This document shows positions 37,479 to 46,465 of a stretch of 64,000 nucleotides of DNA, in pieces. The stretch covers positions 1,314 through 65,313 of the forward strand of contig CAWCGE010000016.1 of NCBI GenBank assembly GCA_963795005.1, given 5' to 3'. Positions within the stretch are counted from its first letter, which is position 1. Every line of letters starts with the position of its first letter. The position numbers were made by a program, and so were the translations under genes. This DNA is from an uncultured Acidobacteriota bacterium (GTDB taxonomy: Bacteria; Acidobacteriota; Terriglobia; Acidiferrales; UBA7541). Below the pieces are notes generated by a model, which saw nothing but the letters and a program-made list of their open reading frames with translations, did not search any database and was not told the DNA's origin.

Positions 37479-38287
37479 AGCGAATCATGAAGCCGAGCCA
37501 GACGCTGTTTTCGCGCAGTTCGATCGCTGCAACCGTGCTGGCCGTAGCCGTGCTGTCCGCCGGTGTGTCCGTGCTTTTCCTTCAAGCGCCGTCCCCGGCG
37601 GGCGCCACGACGCTGCGCGCCAGCGTCTCCGTACTGTTTGGCGGCAATAAAAAATCGGAGAGCAAATCGCCATCTCCATTTGTCGCGGATAAAGGTAAGT
37701 TCCGCATCATGGTCAGCGGCCAACAGGTGGGCAAAGAAGAATTTGAAATTGCGCCGAGCGGCAGCGATTGGACCGCGCACGGCACTGCGGAGATCCAATC
37801 GCCGCAGGGGAATACGCACGTCACCGGAACTCTGACGTTTCATCCGGACGGCACGCCTGCGCACTACGAATGGGCCACCCAAGGTGCAAAGAAGGCCTCC
37901 GCCGTAATCGGATTCAGCGGAATGAGCGCCACGGTCGAGCTGCAGCTCCAGGGCGCGCGTCCTTTCACGCAGCAGTTTACGTTCACTTCCCCGCTGGTCG
38001 TCGTGCTCGACAATAATCTCTACCATCAGTACGAGCTCCTTGCGCACCTTTATGATTGGGAGAAGAAGGGAGCACAATCTTTCTCCGTGCTGGTGCCGCA
38101 AGAATTGACGCCCGGAACCGTCACCGTGGATTCGTTAGGCGAGCAGGAAGTAAGCGGCAAGAAAGTGCAGGAGCTACGCGTGCGAACCGAAGACAACGAG
38201 ATTGATCTTTATATGGATGGCCCGAAGTTGCTGCGCGTGGTCGCGCCGGCCGCCAACGCCGAAATCATTCGCGAAGAATCCCGCTAA
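37475..38287 (+). CDS. Hypothetical secreted protein
   Basis: It forms an ATGA start/stop overlap with aroK. A signal-anchor-like N-terminus is present (SIAATVLAVAVLSAGVSVLFLQAPSPAGA). The rest is beta-rich, and I recognise no family. Confidence 0.6.
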   Translation: MKRIMKPSQTLFSRSSIAATVLAVAVLSAGVSVLFLQAPSPAGATTLRASVSVLFGGNKKSESKSPSPFVADKGKFRIMVSGQQVGKEEFEIAPSGSDWTAHGTAEIQSPQGNTHVTGTLTFHPDGTPAHYEWATQGAKKASAVIGFSGMSATVELQLQGARPFTQQFTFTSPLVVVLDNNLYHQYELLAHLYDWEKKGAQSFSVLVPQELTPGTVTVDSLGEQEVSGKKVQELRVRTEDNEIDLYMDGPKLLRVVAPAANAEIIREESR

Positions 38288-38294
38288 AAACGAA

Positions 38295-38323
38295 AAGGCC
38301 CAGAATCCATTTTTCCGGGCCTT
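38295..38323. terminator. Hairpin between convergent genes
   Basis: The stem is AAGGCCC...GGGCCTT, flanked by an A-run and a T-rich sequence. Confidence 0.4.
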
Positions 38324-38356
38324 CTTCGATTACTGTTGACTGTAGCGCCGGCCTGC

Positions 38357-39574
38357 CTACAGCTGCGCTCGATGAACGACGTGCGTGGACTCCACCGGCT
38401 GCGGCTTTTCGATGGTCACGGCCACATTCATCTCGGCGCCCTTGCGCAAAATTCCCAGGCTCACGGATTTTTGATCACCCTTATCCTTGAGTTGCGCGCG
38501 CAAATCCGCGAGTGTATGCACCGGCTTGCCGTCCACTTTGATGATTACGTCGCCCGCCTTCAATCCCGCTTTCTCTGCGGCCATCCCAGGACGCACTTCA
38601 CGAATCAACACGCCGGCGCCGTCCGGCGCGCCGAAATAGCTTCCCAGTTGCCCGGAAACATCTTCCGCGCTAACCCCCAGAAGCGGACTGCGCCCTTCGA
38701 CCATGGGCACGGCGAACGAAAAATCCGGATTGGGCATCGAGAACGCGTAGGCATTATCGAAGTCGCGCATTTTGCCTTTCATCTTCTTCTCGAAGAACGC
38801 GCTGCGGTCGCCCAGATCCACGGAAATGTTCTGCGTGCTCCCATTGCGCGAAATCCCGAGCGTCACCGTCCGGCCCGCGGGCGTTTCGCGCACCAATCGG
38901 CGAAATTGCACCGTGCCTTCGATAACTTGCCCATCGTACTGGGTGATGACGTCGTTTTCCTTCAATCCTGCTTTGGCCGCGGGACTATCCGGCTCCACGT
39001 CCATCACGATTACGCCGCGGACCCCCGCTAGCTTCAGATCCTTCGCTTTTTCCGCCGTCACCTCACCGATTTCCACGCCCAGCCAGCCGCTGCCATCATC
39101 GCTGGACATCACCAAGACGTCCTGGTCCTGATCCAGCGTTTGCTTGGCCTTGTCCTGCGCCATATCCGCTAGTTCCGCGGCGCGGTCGGCGAGCTCACTC
39201 GCATCGGCTTCGAATTGGCCCTGGTTGCTTCGCAGCTGCGCCGAAAGACCTTGCAGCCGTTGAAGCTCCGGCGAATTCATCGCGACCTCCTTCTGCACTC
39301 GCTCGCGCAACCCGGCGAGGTTCTCCCGCATTTCTCGATTGACCGTACTATCGATACTACGTACGGCGTCCTCCATTTGTTCCATTGAGAGATTGCCATT
39401 GGCGCACCCCACGTCGGGGGCGTCGGGTGTTGCGGGAGTAACACTAGAAGGGGTTGTAGGTACAGGCTTTGCGGTTTGGTCCTGGGTTTGGCCGTATAGA
39501 GCGGTCGGGCCGAGCCCGAACGCCAACAAAAGCAAGCCCCAGCCGGCAAGGTTCAAGTATCCTGCGAGCTTCAT
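38357..39574 (-). CDS. Periplasmic protein with two PDZ domains (module 2, last gene)
   Basis: I trimmed track ORF 38357..39730 to MKLAGYLNLAGWGLLLLAFGLGPTALYGQ. The PDZ motifs are GWLGVEIGEVT...GVRGVIVMDVEPDSPAAKAGLKENDVITQYDGQ and PLLGVSAEDV...GVLIREVRPGMAAEKAGLKAGDVIIKVDGKPV. Confidence 0.8.
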   Translation of the reverse strand: MKLAGYLNLAGWGLLLLAFGLGPTALYGQTQDQTAKPVPTTPSSVTPATPDAPDVGCANGNLSMEQMEDAVRSIDSTVNREMRENLAGLRERVQKEVAMNSPELQRLQGLSAQLRSNQGQFEADASELADRAAELADMAQDKAKQTLDQDQDVLVMSSDDGSGWLGVEIGEVTAEKAKDLKLAGVRGVIVMDVEPDSPAAKAGLKENDVITQYDGQVIEGTVQFRRLVRETPAGRTVTLGISRNGSTQNISVDLGDRSAFFEKKMKGKMRDFDNAYAFSMPNPDFSFAVPMVEGRSPLLGVSAEDVSGQLGSYFGAPDGAGVLIREVRPGMAAEKAGLKAGDVIIKVDGKPVHTLADLRAQLKDKGDQKSVSLGILRKGAEMNVAVTIEKPQPVESTHVVHRAQL

Positions 39575-39608
39575 GCCAGTTGTCCTCACTTTAGGTGAAT
39601 TCGCCCCG

Positions 39609-40535
39609 TCACACGCCCGGTCGTTGCACCACCAGGCGAATGCCGCCATTAATTGTACGGACTGAAATCTCGCCACCGCCACTTCCCGTCCCCAGCTTGG
39701 CGCGAAACGCCCGCGCCGCGGGAGATCCAACCGTTGAACTGACCGGTAATTCAGAATAGAACTCGCCGTTCATACTCAGAACCTTCAAATCGCCTTGTGC
39801 CCCAGGCGGAAGGCCGAGGAGAACCGAGCCGTTGACCGTCTCAAGATTCATCGGCCCGCCGGCCATCAACTGGCGAAGTTCCAGGCGCAGGTTTCCGTTA
39901 GTGGTCTTCTCGCTGAACCGGCCGGCGCTGTCGAAGACTTCGACGTTTCCATTTACCGACTTCAGTTCCCCGCCACCCTCGACTCCCCGAACCGTGACGC
40001 TTCCGTTGACTGTCTCGACGTTACCCAACAGCACGCGATAAGGCACATGAACGTGGTATTCCACGGCCACTTCCGCGCCCTGACCCTTGGGATAGCAGGT
40101 GTGCACCGCCACTTGCCCCGGACTGCTGTCCACTTCGATTTTTACCTGGTCCAGTTCGTGCGGGTCGTTGTGGCCTGTCTTGACCGCGCTTACCTCCACC
40201 TCGTCGCGGCTCCAGCCCTCAACCTGCACCGATCCGTTCACGTTTTCCAGGGCAAAGCTTCCGCCGGACGGCAGGGGATATATCTGATGAAAATTCTCGT
40301 CGGCTGCGATACTGGGAAGCGCAAGGCAGGCGGCTCCGGCGAGCAGCACTACTGTGCGCAGTGTGAATCTGGCAATCCGTGACGGACGCCCCTGGGATTT
40401 CTTGCTCAGCGGCTGGCCTTGAGTATGCGTTTGCACGATACGCCCCCTCCAGTGAACCACCCTCTTCACTAAGACATTCGGCCGCTTCCAGTCGGCCGGA
40501 CTCCTGGTCACGTAAATGCCAACTCGCCGCGACAC
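39609..40535 (-). CDS. DUF4097-family beta-strand repeat protein (module 2)
   Basis: The protein contains VNGSVQVEGWSRDEVEV...VNGSVTVRGVEGGGELKSVNGNVEVFDSAGRFSEKTTNGNLRLEL...VNGSVLLGLP...INGGIRLV. The start codon is uncertain. Confidence 0.7.
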   Translation of the reverse strand: MSRRVGIYVTRSPADWKRPNVLVKRVVHWRGRIVQTHTQGQPLSKKSQGRPSRIARFTLRTVVLLAGAACLALPSIAADENFHQIYPLPSGGSFALENVNGSVQVEGWSRDEVEVSAVKTGHNDPHELDQVKIEVDSSPGQVAVHTCYPKGQGAEVAVEYHVHVPYRVLLGNVETVNGSVTVRGVEGGGELKSVNGNVEVFDSAGRFSEKTTNGNLRLELRQLMAGGPMNLETVNGSVLLGLPPGAQGDLKVLSMNGEFYSELPVSSTVGSPAARAFRAKLGTGSGGGEISVRTINGGIRLVVQRPGV

Positions 40536-40557
40536 CGCAATCCCCGATAACTGGCGC

Positions 40558-41955
40558 CTAGGGCGAATTCTCAGCGGTTGGCTGCGATTGTTCGAGCAGC
40601 CGCAGTTGCAATTGCAGGTTCCGCTGTAACTGTTCCATTTGCTGCTTGTACAGCCTGAGTTGCTGATTGGCGTCGCTTACCGCGACGCGAATGTTGCCCG
40701 CCAGTGCACGCAAGTGGACTACTTCCCCGCCTCCGTTCAGCACGCCTTCGGCACGAATCGACTGGTCTCCATTCGCAGCTGCGTCGCGGCTGATTGTCAT
40801 CGGAAACGCCGGATCAAACGTGACATGGTGCTCGTCGCCAGATTGCACCTGCGCATCAATCGTTATCGGCAGTTCGCGGGGGATGTACACGACGATGTCC
40901 CCTTCGCCCGATTGCAGTTCGCATTGGTCCGGCTTCTTCGCCGGAGCAACAAACCACGCCGTAATTCCGCCGGCTCCGGTAGAGGCCTTCACTGCGCTGT
41001 CCACCTGCGTCAGGTAAATGCTGCCGCCGCTGGTTTGCAGATCGGTGGGACCGGATACGCGCACCACCCGAATTCCTCCGCCGCCCGTCTTTGCCCGCAC
41101 CAGGCCAGAGGTCTCACCCACTTCGATCTGCCCGCCGACCGTTTCCGCGATTAACTCGCTTCCGGAGTGTTCCACCGAAACGTTACCGCCCCCTGTGGAA
41201 ACGCGCGCAATACCATCTACTGACGCAACCCGTATGTGCCCGCCGTTCGTGTGCAGCGTGGCGTTACCTTGAATCGCACCCGTGGTGATATGTCCGCCTC
41301 CGGTCGCTGCAATTAATTCGCCCGCAACATTCTTCACCGTGATATGTCCGCCGTCGGTGGTTAGATGTGCAGGTCCCCCTATATTTCCCGCGACAATATT
41401 CCCGCCAGCCGTAGCGAGTGTGGCGAAGCCGTTGAGGTCTTCGGTCTCGATGTTCCCACCCCCGGTCATAACGTCCAGGCTGTAATTTCTTGGAACATTT
41501 ACTTCCACGATCACCCACAAGCGCCCGCTCGCGGCGCGGCGTTCCAAGCTTTGCCCGCGGAAATACACTCCCTCGGATGTAACGTGCGCGCTGACCAGAA
41601 AGCTTCTTAGAAGCTGCTTCGCATCCTTCTGCGAGGCGTCCGCCTCGAGATGGACTTTGTAATCTATTTTTCCGGAATTCTGGGTCTTGACGATGATGTT
41701 GCCGAGGTCGGTCACGAGATGGAGCCGCTGGCCTTCGCGAGTTGCCACCGACCCAGTCAGTTCGGCACTCAACCGCGGCGGTGAGCTGCTAGGACGCTGG
41801 GCCTTGGCCGGACCATCGGCGGATGCGTAGCGGGGGCTCAGCAGGAGGGTCGCAAGAAATGCCACGGTGACGCCCGCCAGCAAAATCTCTACCGGCACAC
41901 CGAGCCGTGCCCCGAACTTTGGCCGGGCTCGCAAAGTGAGTGATTTGCTGCGCAT
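40558..41955 (-). CDS. DUF4097-like beta-helical repeat protein with a C-terminal coiled coil (module 2)
   Basis: An N-terminal TM segment is present. About ten repeats of GG(G/N/H)(I/V)x with a period of about 19 aa occur (GGGNIETEDL..AGGNIVAGNI..DGGHITVKNV..GGGHITTGAI..NGGHIRVASV..GGGNVSVEHS..VGGQIEVGET..GGGGIRVVRV..SGGSIYLTQV..GAGGITAWF). The tail reads QQLRLYKQQMEQLQRNLQLQLRLLEQ. Confidence 0.7.
   Translation of the reverse strand: MRSKSLTLRARPKFGARLGVPVEILLAGVTVAFLATLLLSPRYASADGPAKAQRPSSSPPRLSAELTGSVATREGQRLHLVTDLGNIIVKTQNSGKIDYKVHLEADASQKDAKQLLRSFLVSAHVTSEGVYFRGQSLERRAASGRLWVIVEVNVPRNYSLDVMTGGGNIETEDLNGFATLATAGGNIVAGNIGGPAHLTTDGGHITVKNVAGELIAATGGGHITTGAIQGNATLHTNGGHIRVASVDGIARVSTGGGNVSVEHSGSELIAETVGGQIEVGETSGLVRAKTGGGGIRVVRVSGPTDLQTSGGSIYLTQVDSAVKASTGAGGITAWFVAPAKKPDQCELQSGEGDIVVYIPRELPITIDAQVQSGDEHHVTFDPAFPMTISRDAAANGDQSIRAEGVLNGGGEVVHLRALAGNIRVAVSDANQQLRLYKQQMEQLQRNLQLQLRLLEQSQPTAENSP
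40920..41460 (-). repeat. Periodic (about 57 nt) coding repeats of the GG(G/H/N)I beta-strand unit
   Basis: See the CDS at 40558..41955. The periodicity is at protein level and is not a CRISPR-like DNA repeat. Confidence 0.6.
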
Positions 41956-41957
41956 GT

Positions 41958-43025
41958 CTAGAATTTTTGCCGCGGGCCAAGGTCGCGAATGACGGCCGCG
42001 CTTTGCAATCGGATGTAGGTGCTGGGATCTTTTTTCATGCGTTCATGAAGAACCGCGAGCATATGATCGTCGGCATCCACTTGGCCTTTGGCGGCCATGT
42101 CGCGCAGCGCATTAATCGCTTCCACGCGTACCCCCGGATTTTGGTCGTCCACCAGCGCGTCGAGGAGCGTCTGGCGGACCAGGTCCTGAGGCTCGGCGCC
42201 GTTGAGCGCTTCCAGGGCCTTCAATCGCACCGCCGCATTGTGATCCGTGTGCACCGCTTGGCACAGCGCTGACCGAACATCCGGATCATTGTTGCGCGCG
42301 CGCAGCAAATCCACCGCATCGAGGCGCACATCCGGATCAAAACGTTGATTATTGTGGAGGACGAACATCAGCACGCGTTTTACGTCATCGTCATTCACAG
42401 TGCCGGACACCATGAACGGCTGTCGCGCCCTCATTTGCAATTGAACCCGCGGAGGCTCATTGTCCGAGGCCGGAAACACGTTGATTCCCGCCACGTCGGC
42501 GGTGTGCAGATCCAGGGAACTGAGGGAGGAAGAGGAAGTGAGGTCAGCAGCTGGGTCCGAAGGCTGGGGCGCTGAAATATTGGACGCGGTCAACTGGCTC
42601 GTGCCGCCACTCGGCACCGCCGGATGCCGCAGCAGGCGCGGTCCTAACATTCCCACCGCAAATCCGATCGCCAGCAAGAGCGCGGCGCTCCACGCCGGCC
42701 GCGGAGATATCCAACTGGAAGGTAGCAGCGTGCCAATCGTTTGACGCAACCAGCCGCGCTCCTCCTGCTGATCCAGTGCATCGTCCAGCGAAGCGCGGCA
42801 GCCGGCCAGCAAGGACGCATCGGGCTCGCGGTGATTCGCACAGAGCAGCGCGAACAATTCGTTTTGCTGCGCCATGGCTTGGTTGCAACCGGGACAATGC
42901 AGAAGGTGGTCGTGCACCTCTGCCATCTCCGACGCATCCAATTCACCCGCCGCGAAGAGAATGAGCTGCGGCTCAAATTCCTCGCACGCCGGACTCTTCA
43001 TTCCCTCGATTCCCTCTTCCCGCAT
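41958..43025 (-). CDS. zf-HC2 anti-sigma factor with C-terminal HEAT-like repeats (module 2)
   Basis: The protein contains CEEFEPQLILFAAGEL...VHDHLLHCPGCNQAMAQ and a TM helix (AWSAALLLAIGFAVGMLG). The C-terminal part has DPDVRLDAVDLL, DPDVRSALCQAV, NAAVRLKALEAL and NPGVRVEAINAL. Confidence 0.8.
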   Translation of the reverse strand: MREEGIEGMKSPACEEFEPQLILFAAGELDASEMAEVHDHLLHCPGCNQAMAQQNELFALLCANHREPDASLLAGCRASLDDALDQQEERGWLRQTIGTLLPSSWISPRPAWSAALLLAIGFAVGMLGPRLLRHPAVPSGGTSQLTASNISAPQPSDPAADLTSSSSLSSLDLHTADVAGINVFPASDNEPPRVQLQMRARQPFMVSGTVNDDDVKRVLMFVLHNNQRFDPDVRLDAVDLLRARNNDPDVRSALCQAVHTDHNAAVRLKALEALNGAEPQDLVRQTLLDALVDDQNPGVRVEAINALRDMAAKGQVDADDHMLAVLHERMKKDPSTYIRLQSAAVIRDLGPRQKF

Positions 43026-43049
43026 TCTTTCCGTCCTCGCTGCCCGCGA

Positions 43050-43847
43050 TTAACGCATACCCTCCAGGCTCGCGCGCAATTTTCGCGTCGCCCGGAACAG
43101 CGAATTCTTTACTGTCTCTTCTGACGTGCCTAGCATGTCTCCGATAGCACGCAATTTCAATCCCTGATAATGCTTCATCTCGAAGACCATGCGCTCGCGC
43201 GGTGACAGCCGGTTCAAGGCCGTCGCGATGTGCTGGCCCAGTTCCTGGCCCAATAGATTTCTCTCCGGATTTGCCGCGGCTCTCTGTTCGGGTTGCCGGT
43301 CGAAGAAATCTCTAGTCCCGCCTTCCGCGTCTTCCGGAACAGGTGCTTGATCTTCTCTCCGGCTCGTCCTGCGCCGCAAGTGATCGAGCGCCACGTTGGT
43401 CACGATGCGATAGAGCCAGGTATAAAAACTGCACTCAAAACGGAAGCGGTGCAGGTTCTTGTAAACCCGCAAAAAACTCTCCTGGTAGATGTCCCGCGCG
43501 TCTTCCGGACGATGCACCAGATTCATCGCCAAGCGCAACACCTCGCGATCGAACCGGCGCACCAATTCCTCAAACGCCAAGCGGTCGCCCGCCTGCGCCT
43601 TCCGGACGAGTGCCTGCTCTTCTGCGAGCTTCACCGCCGCTGCCTGGCGCGCCTCTCCCTCGAGTGCGACGCTCATCCCCATGGTGTTGGTCGTTGGCCT
43701 GGAAACGCCCGCGTTCGGTGCCACCGAAGTCGGTGCGTGAGTTCCGCTGTTCCCGGCATCAAGCCTTTCTACAGGTTCCCTAAGGATAGACGGACCTTGT
43801 GGGCGTTGGTGAGCACCCGCGGACGTCACTTTCCCACTATCGGACAT
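43050..43847 (-). CDS. ECF-type RNA polymerase sigma factor (module 2)
   Basis: The protein contains FEELVRRFDREVLRLAMNLVHRPEDARDIYQESFLRVYKNLHRFRFECSFYTWLYRIVTNVALD and region 4 MVFEMKHYQGLKLRAIGDMLGTSEETVKNSLFRATRKLR. I set the start at MSDSGK (43847). The track ATG at 43910 lies inside a perfect palindrome. A still later start (MGMSVALEG) is also possible. Confidence 0.85.
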   Translation of the reverse strand: MSDSGKVTSAGAHQRPQGPSILREPVERLDAGNSGTHAPTSVAPNAGVSRPTTNTMGMSVALEGEARQAAAVKLAEEQALVRKAQAGDRLAFEELVRRFDREVLRLAMNLVHRPEDARDIYQESFLRVYKNLHRFRFECSFYTWLYRIVTNVALDHLRRRTSRREDQAPVPEDAEGGTRDFFDRQPEQRAAANPERNLLGQELGQHIATALNRLSPRERMVFEMKHYQGLKLRAIGDMLGTSEETVKNSLFRATRKLRASLEGMR

Positions 43848-43985
43848 CTGCTCCAAAGCACACCTTCTCGCTGAGACGCATGCGCGCTTAGGATGCTGTA
43901 AACACAGCATTTAAGAACACCACGAGCGAAGGGCCTGTAGCCTCGTAGCGTTGCGCAACTCGGCAAGCGGGTAGATTGCAAGGTG

Positions 43986-44243
43986 TCAGCCACTTCCGGA
44001 CAGCCTCATCTTGGAACCCAGACGGATCAGCCCATAGACACCCAGGCATACGACGAAATCCACCAGGCTGCCCCAATCCAGCAGGAATCCCTGGTGACGC
44101 AAGGCCACTGGCAGGTGTGGCACAAGAGAAAAATAATAAATCGCATTCCCTAAAAGGATCGCGGCAAGGTATTCGATCCAGCGTCGGACTGGAGTACCCA
44201 GAAAGTTGCGCGCCATGAATTCCCGAACGATTCCTCCACTCAA
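43986..44243 (-). CDS. Small putative two-TM membrane protein
   Basis: The 85-aa ORF (76 aa from MARNF) has two hydrophobic helices (WIEYLAAILLGNAIYYFSLV and LVDFVVCLGVYGLIRL). It is co-directional with and directly upstream of the module 2 sigma factor gene. Confidence 0.45.
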   Translation of the reverse strand: MSGGIVREFMARNFLGTPVRRWIEYLAAILLGNAIYYFSLVPHLPVALRHQGFLLDWGSLVDFVVCLGVYGLIRLGSKMRLSGSG

Positions 44244-44344
44244 TCTTAGGCCACCGTCCGACTCGACGCAAACAACCTTCCCCGCAGCGAACCGATGGTA
44301 TAAAAGTGTGGCACTCGCGCTGTGCGGGTCCTGCGCCTCGCCTA

Positions 44345-46462
44345 ATGCCCATCGCTCTCAGCAATCCGGTTAAATACCTGCGCGGAGTCGGACCGCAGCG
44401 CGCCGCCACACTGGCAGAGCGCGGCATCCTCACTGTCGCCGATCTGCTCGGCTATCTTCCCTTTCGCTACGAAGACCGCCTCCGCTTCACGCCCATCGCC
44501 GAAATCATTCCTGGACAGGTGCACACGATTTTCGCAGAAATTACCGGCGGAGGAGGAACCACGGTTCGCTTCCAACGTAGCCGCCGCTCCATTTTTCACG
44601 TCACCGTGCGCGATGCTTCCGGCACCGTCCACGTTCGCTTCTTTCACGGAGGCTATCTCGAAGGGCGTCTGAAAGACGGCCAAAAAGTCGTGCTGCATGG
44701 AAAAGTTGACGCGGATCTGTATCACCCTCGGCAGCTGGAAATGGTCAATCCGCAAATGGAGCTGGTTGGCGCTACTGCTGGCGCAGCCGCGGACTCCACC
44801 GAAGTCGGCCGCATCGTCCCAATTTATGAGGCCATTGGCGGCATCAGTTCCCGGATGCTGCGCCGGATTATTTACGCTGTGCTGGAAGATTTCGAGGGCA
44901 ATATCCCCGACCCGCTGCCGCCGGACATTCTGGAACGCTATCGTTTTCCATCGCGCCGCGACGCTTTGCTGTATGCGCATTTTCCGCCGAGGGACGTTAG
45001 CGTCGAGCTTCTTAACAATTACCGCAGCCCCGCGCAAATCCGCCTAATCTTCGAAGAGTTTTTCTACTATCAACTCGCCCTGGCGTTGCGCCGCTTGAAC
45101 GACCACAGCCGCCGCGGTATCGCCATGCGCGTCCGCGAAGAAAAGGTTCGCGCGGCGTTGAAACGCATCTTGCCCTTTAAGCCGACCCCGGCGCAAAAAC
45201 GCGTCCTCGCCGAAATCGCTGCCGATCTTGAGCGCCCGTATCCTATGAACCGCCTTCTCGAAGGTGACGTGGGCAGCGGAAAAACAATCGTGGCGCTCGA
45301 AGCCGCCACCATCGTCATCGAAAACGGCTATCAAGTCGCGCTCATGGCGCCCACCGAAATTCTCGCCGCGCAACACTATCTCTCCGCGCGACGCATCTTC
45401 GAACCCGCAGGCTACGGCGTTGCGCTGATCGTGAGTCGACACACCCGCTCCGTAAAGGACGAAGCCCTGGCGCGCGTCGGCAGCGCCGCGGCGCAAATGG
45501 TTGTGGGAACGCACGCGCTGATCGAAAATCCCGTGGCTTTCCATAAACTGGGCCTGGTGATCGTGGACGAGCAGCATCGCTTCGGCGTGCTGCAGCGCAA
45601 ACGCCTGATCGAAAAGGGCGCATCTCCGCATGTGTTGGTAATGACCGCGACGCCCATCCCGCGCACGCTTGCGCTTACCCTCTACGGCGACCTCGAAATT
45701 TCCGTGATTGACGAAATGCCGCCTGGCCGCGCGCCCATCGAGACGCGCTGGACTGAAGAAGCGCAACTCAACGGCGTTTGGGAATTCTTGCGCCAGCAAA
45801 TCGCGCGCGGCCGCCAAGCCTACGTGGTCTATCCGGTCATCGAAGAATCGAAGCAGGAGCTCAAAGCCGCCACGGCGGAATACGAACGCCTCGCCAAACA
45901 CGTTTTTCCCGGGATTCGCGTGGGCTTGCTGCACGGCCGCCTGAAAAACGACGAAAAAGATTCCGTGATGGAGCAATTCCGCCGCAATGAAATCCAAATT
46001 CTCGTCGCCACCACGGTGATTGAAGTCGGCGTGGATGTCCCAAATGCCACCCTCATGGTAGTTGAACACGCCGACCGCTTCGGCCTCGCCCAGCTCCACC
46101 AGCTTCGCGGTCGCATCGGGCGCGGCTCGGAGAAATCACGTTGTATCCTGGTGGCCCGCAAAAATATTAGCGGAGAGGCGCGCGCGAGAATCGAAACGAT
46201 GGTGGCGACGTCCGACGGATTTGCGATCGCGGAGCAGGATTTGCAGCAGCGCGGCCCGGGAGAATTCTTTGGCACTCGCCAGCATGGCGACGCAGCCTTT
46301 TCGGTGGCACAGCCGCTCCGCGACCATGAAATCCTCGAGTTCGCGCGGCGCGAAGCTTTCGCACTGGCGGAAAATCCCGCGCGCGCCGGCCAAATCATCG
46401 CCCGGCTGGAATCCCTCAGCCCCGCTTGGCGCAAACGATATCAATTGGCTTCGGTGGGGTAA
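44345..46462 (+). CDS. recG: ATP-dependent DNA helicase RecG
   Basis: I trimmed the ORF to MPIALSNPVKYLRGVGPQRAATLAERGILTVADLLGYLPFRYEDR. The helicase motifs are GDVGSGKT, DEQHRFGV, TATPIPRT and QLRGRIGRG. Confidence 0.93.
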   Translation: MPIALSNPVKYLRGVGPQRAATLAERGILTVADLLGYLPFRYEDRLRFTPIAEIIPGQVHTIFAEITGGGGTTVRFQRSRRSIFHVTVRDASGTVHVRFFHGGYLEGRLKDGQKVVLHGKVDADLYHPRQLEMVNPQMELVGATAGAAADSTEVGRIVPIYEAIGGISSRMLRRIIYAVLEDFEGNIPDPLPPDILERYRFPSRRDALLYAHFPPRDVSVELLNNYRSPAQIRLIFEEFFYYQLALALRRLNDHSRRGIAMRVREEKVRAALKRILPFKPTPAQKRVLAEIAADLERPYPMNRLLEGDVGSGKTIVALEAATIVIENGYQVALMAPTEILAAQHYLSARRIFEPAGYGVALIVSRHTRSVKDEALARVGSAAAQMVVGTHALIENPVAFHKLGLVIVDEQHRFGVLQRKRLIEKGASPHVLVMTATPIPRTLALTLYGDLEISVIDEMPPGRAPIETRWTEEAQLNGVWEFLRQQIARGRQAYVVYPVIEESKQELKAATAEYERLAKHVFPGIRVGLLHGRLKNDEKDSVMEQFRRNEIQILVATTVIEVGVDVPNATLMVVEHADRFGLAQLHQLRGRIGRGSEKSRCILVARKNISGEARARIETMVATSDGFAIAEQDLQQRGPGEFFGTRQHGDAAFSVAQPLRDHEILEFARREAFALAENPARAGQIIARLESLSPAWRKRYQLASVG

Positions 46463-46465
46463 CCT

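Noticed and set aside
45044-46099. A 351-aa minus-strand ORF inside recG, and similar long antisense ORFs (59011..60012 in the ADOP permease, 31888..32970 in lysS, 40639..41154, 54412..55236)
   Set aside because: They lie opposite genes with clear catalytic motifs. I see no recognisable family signature, and the composition is typical of antisense frames in high-GC DNA.
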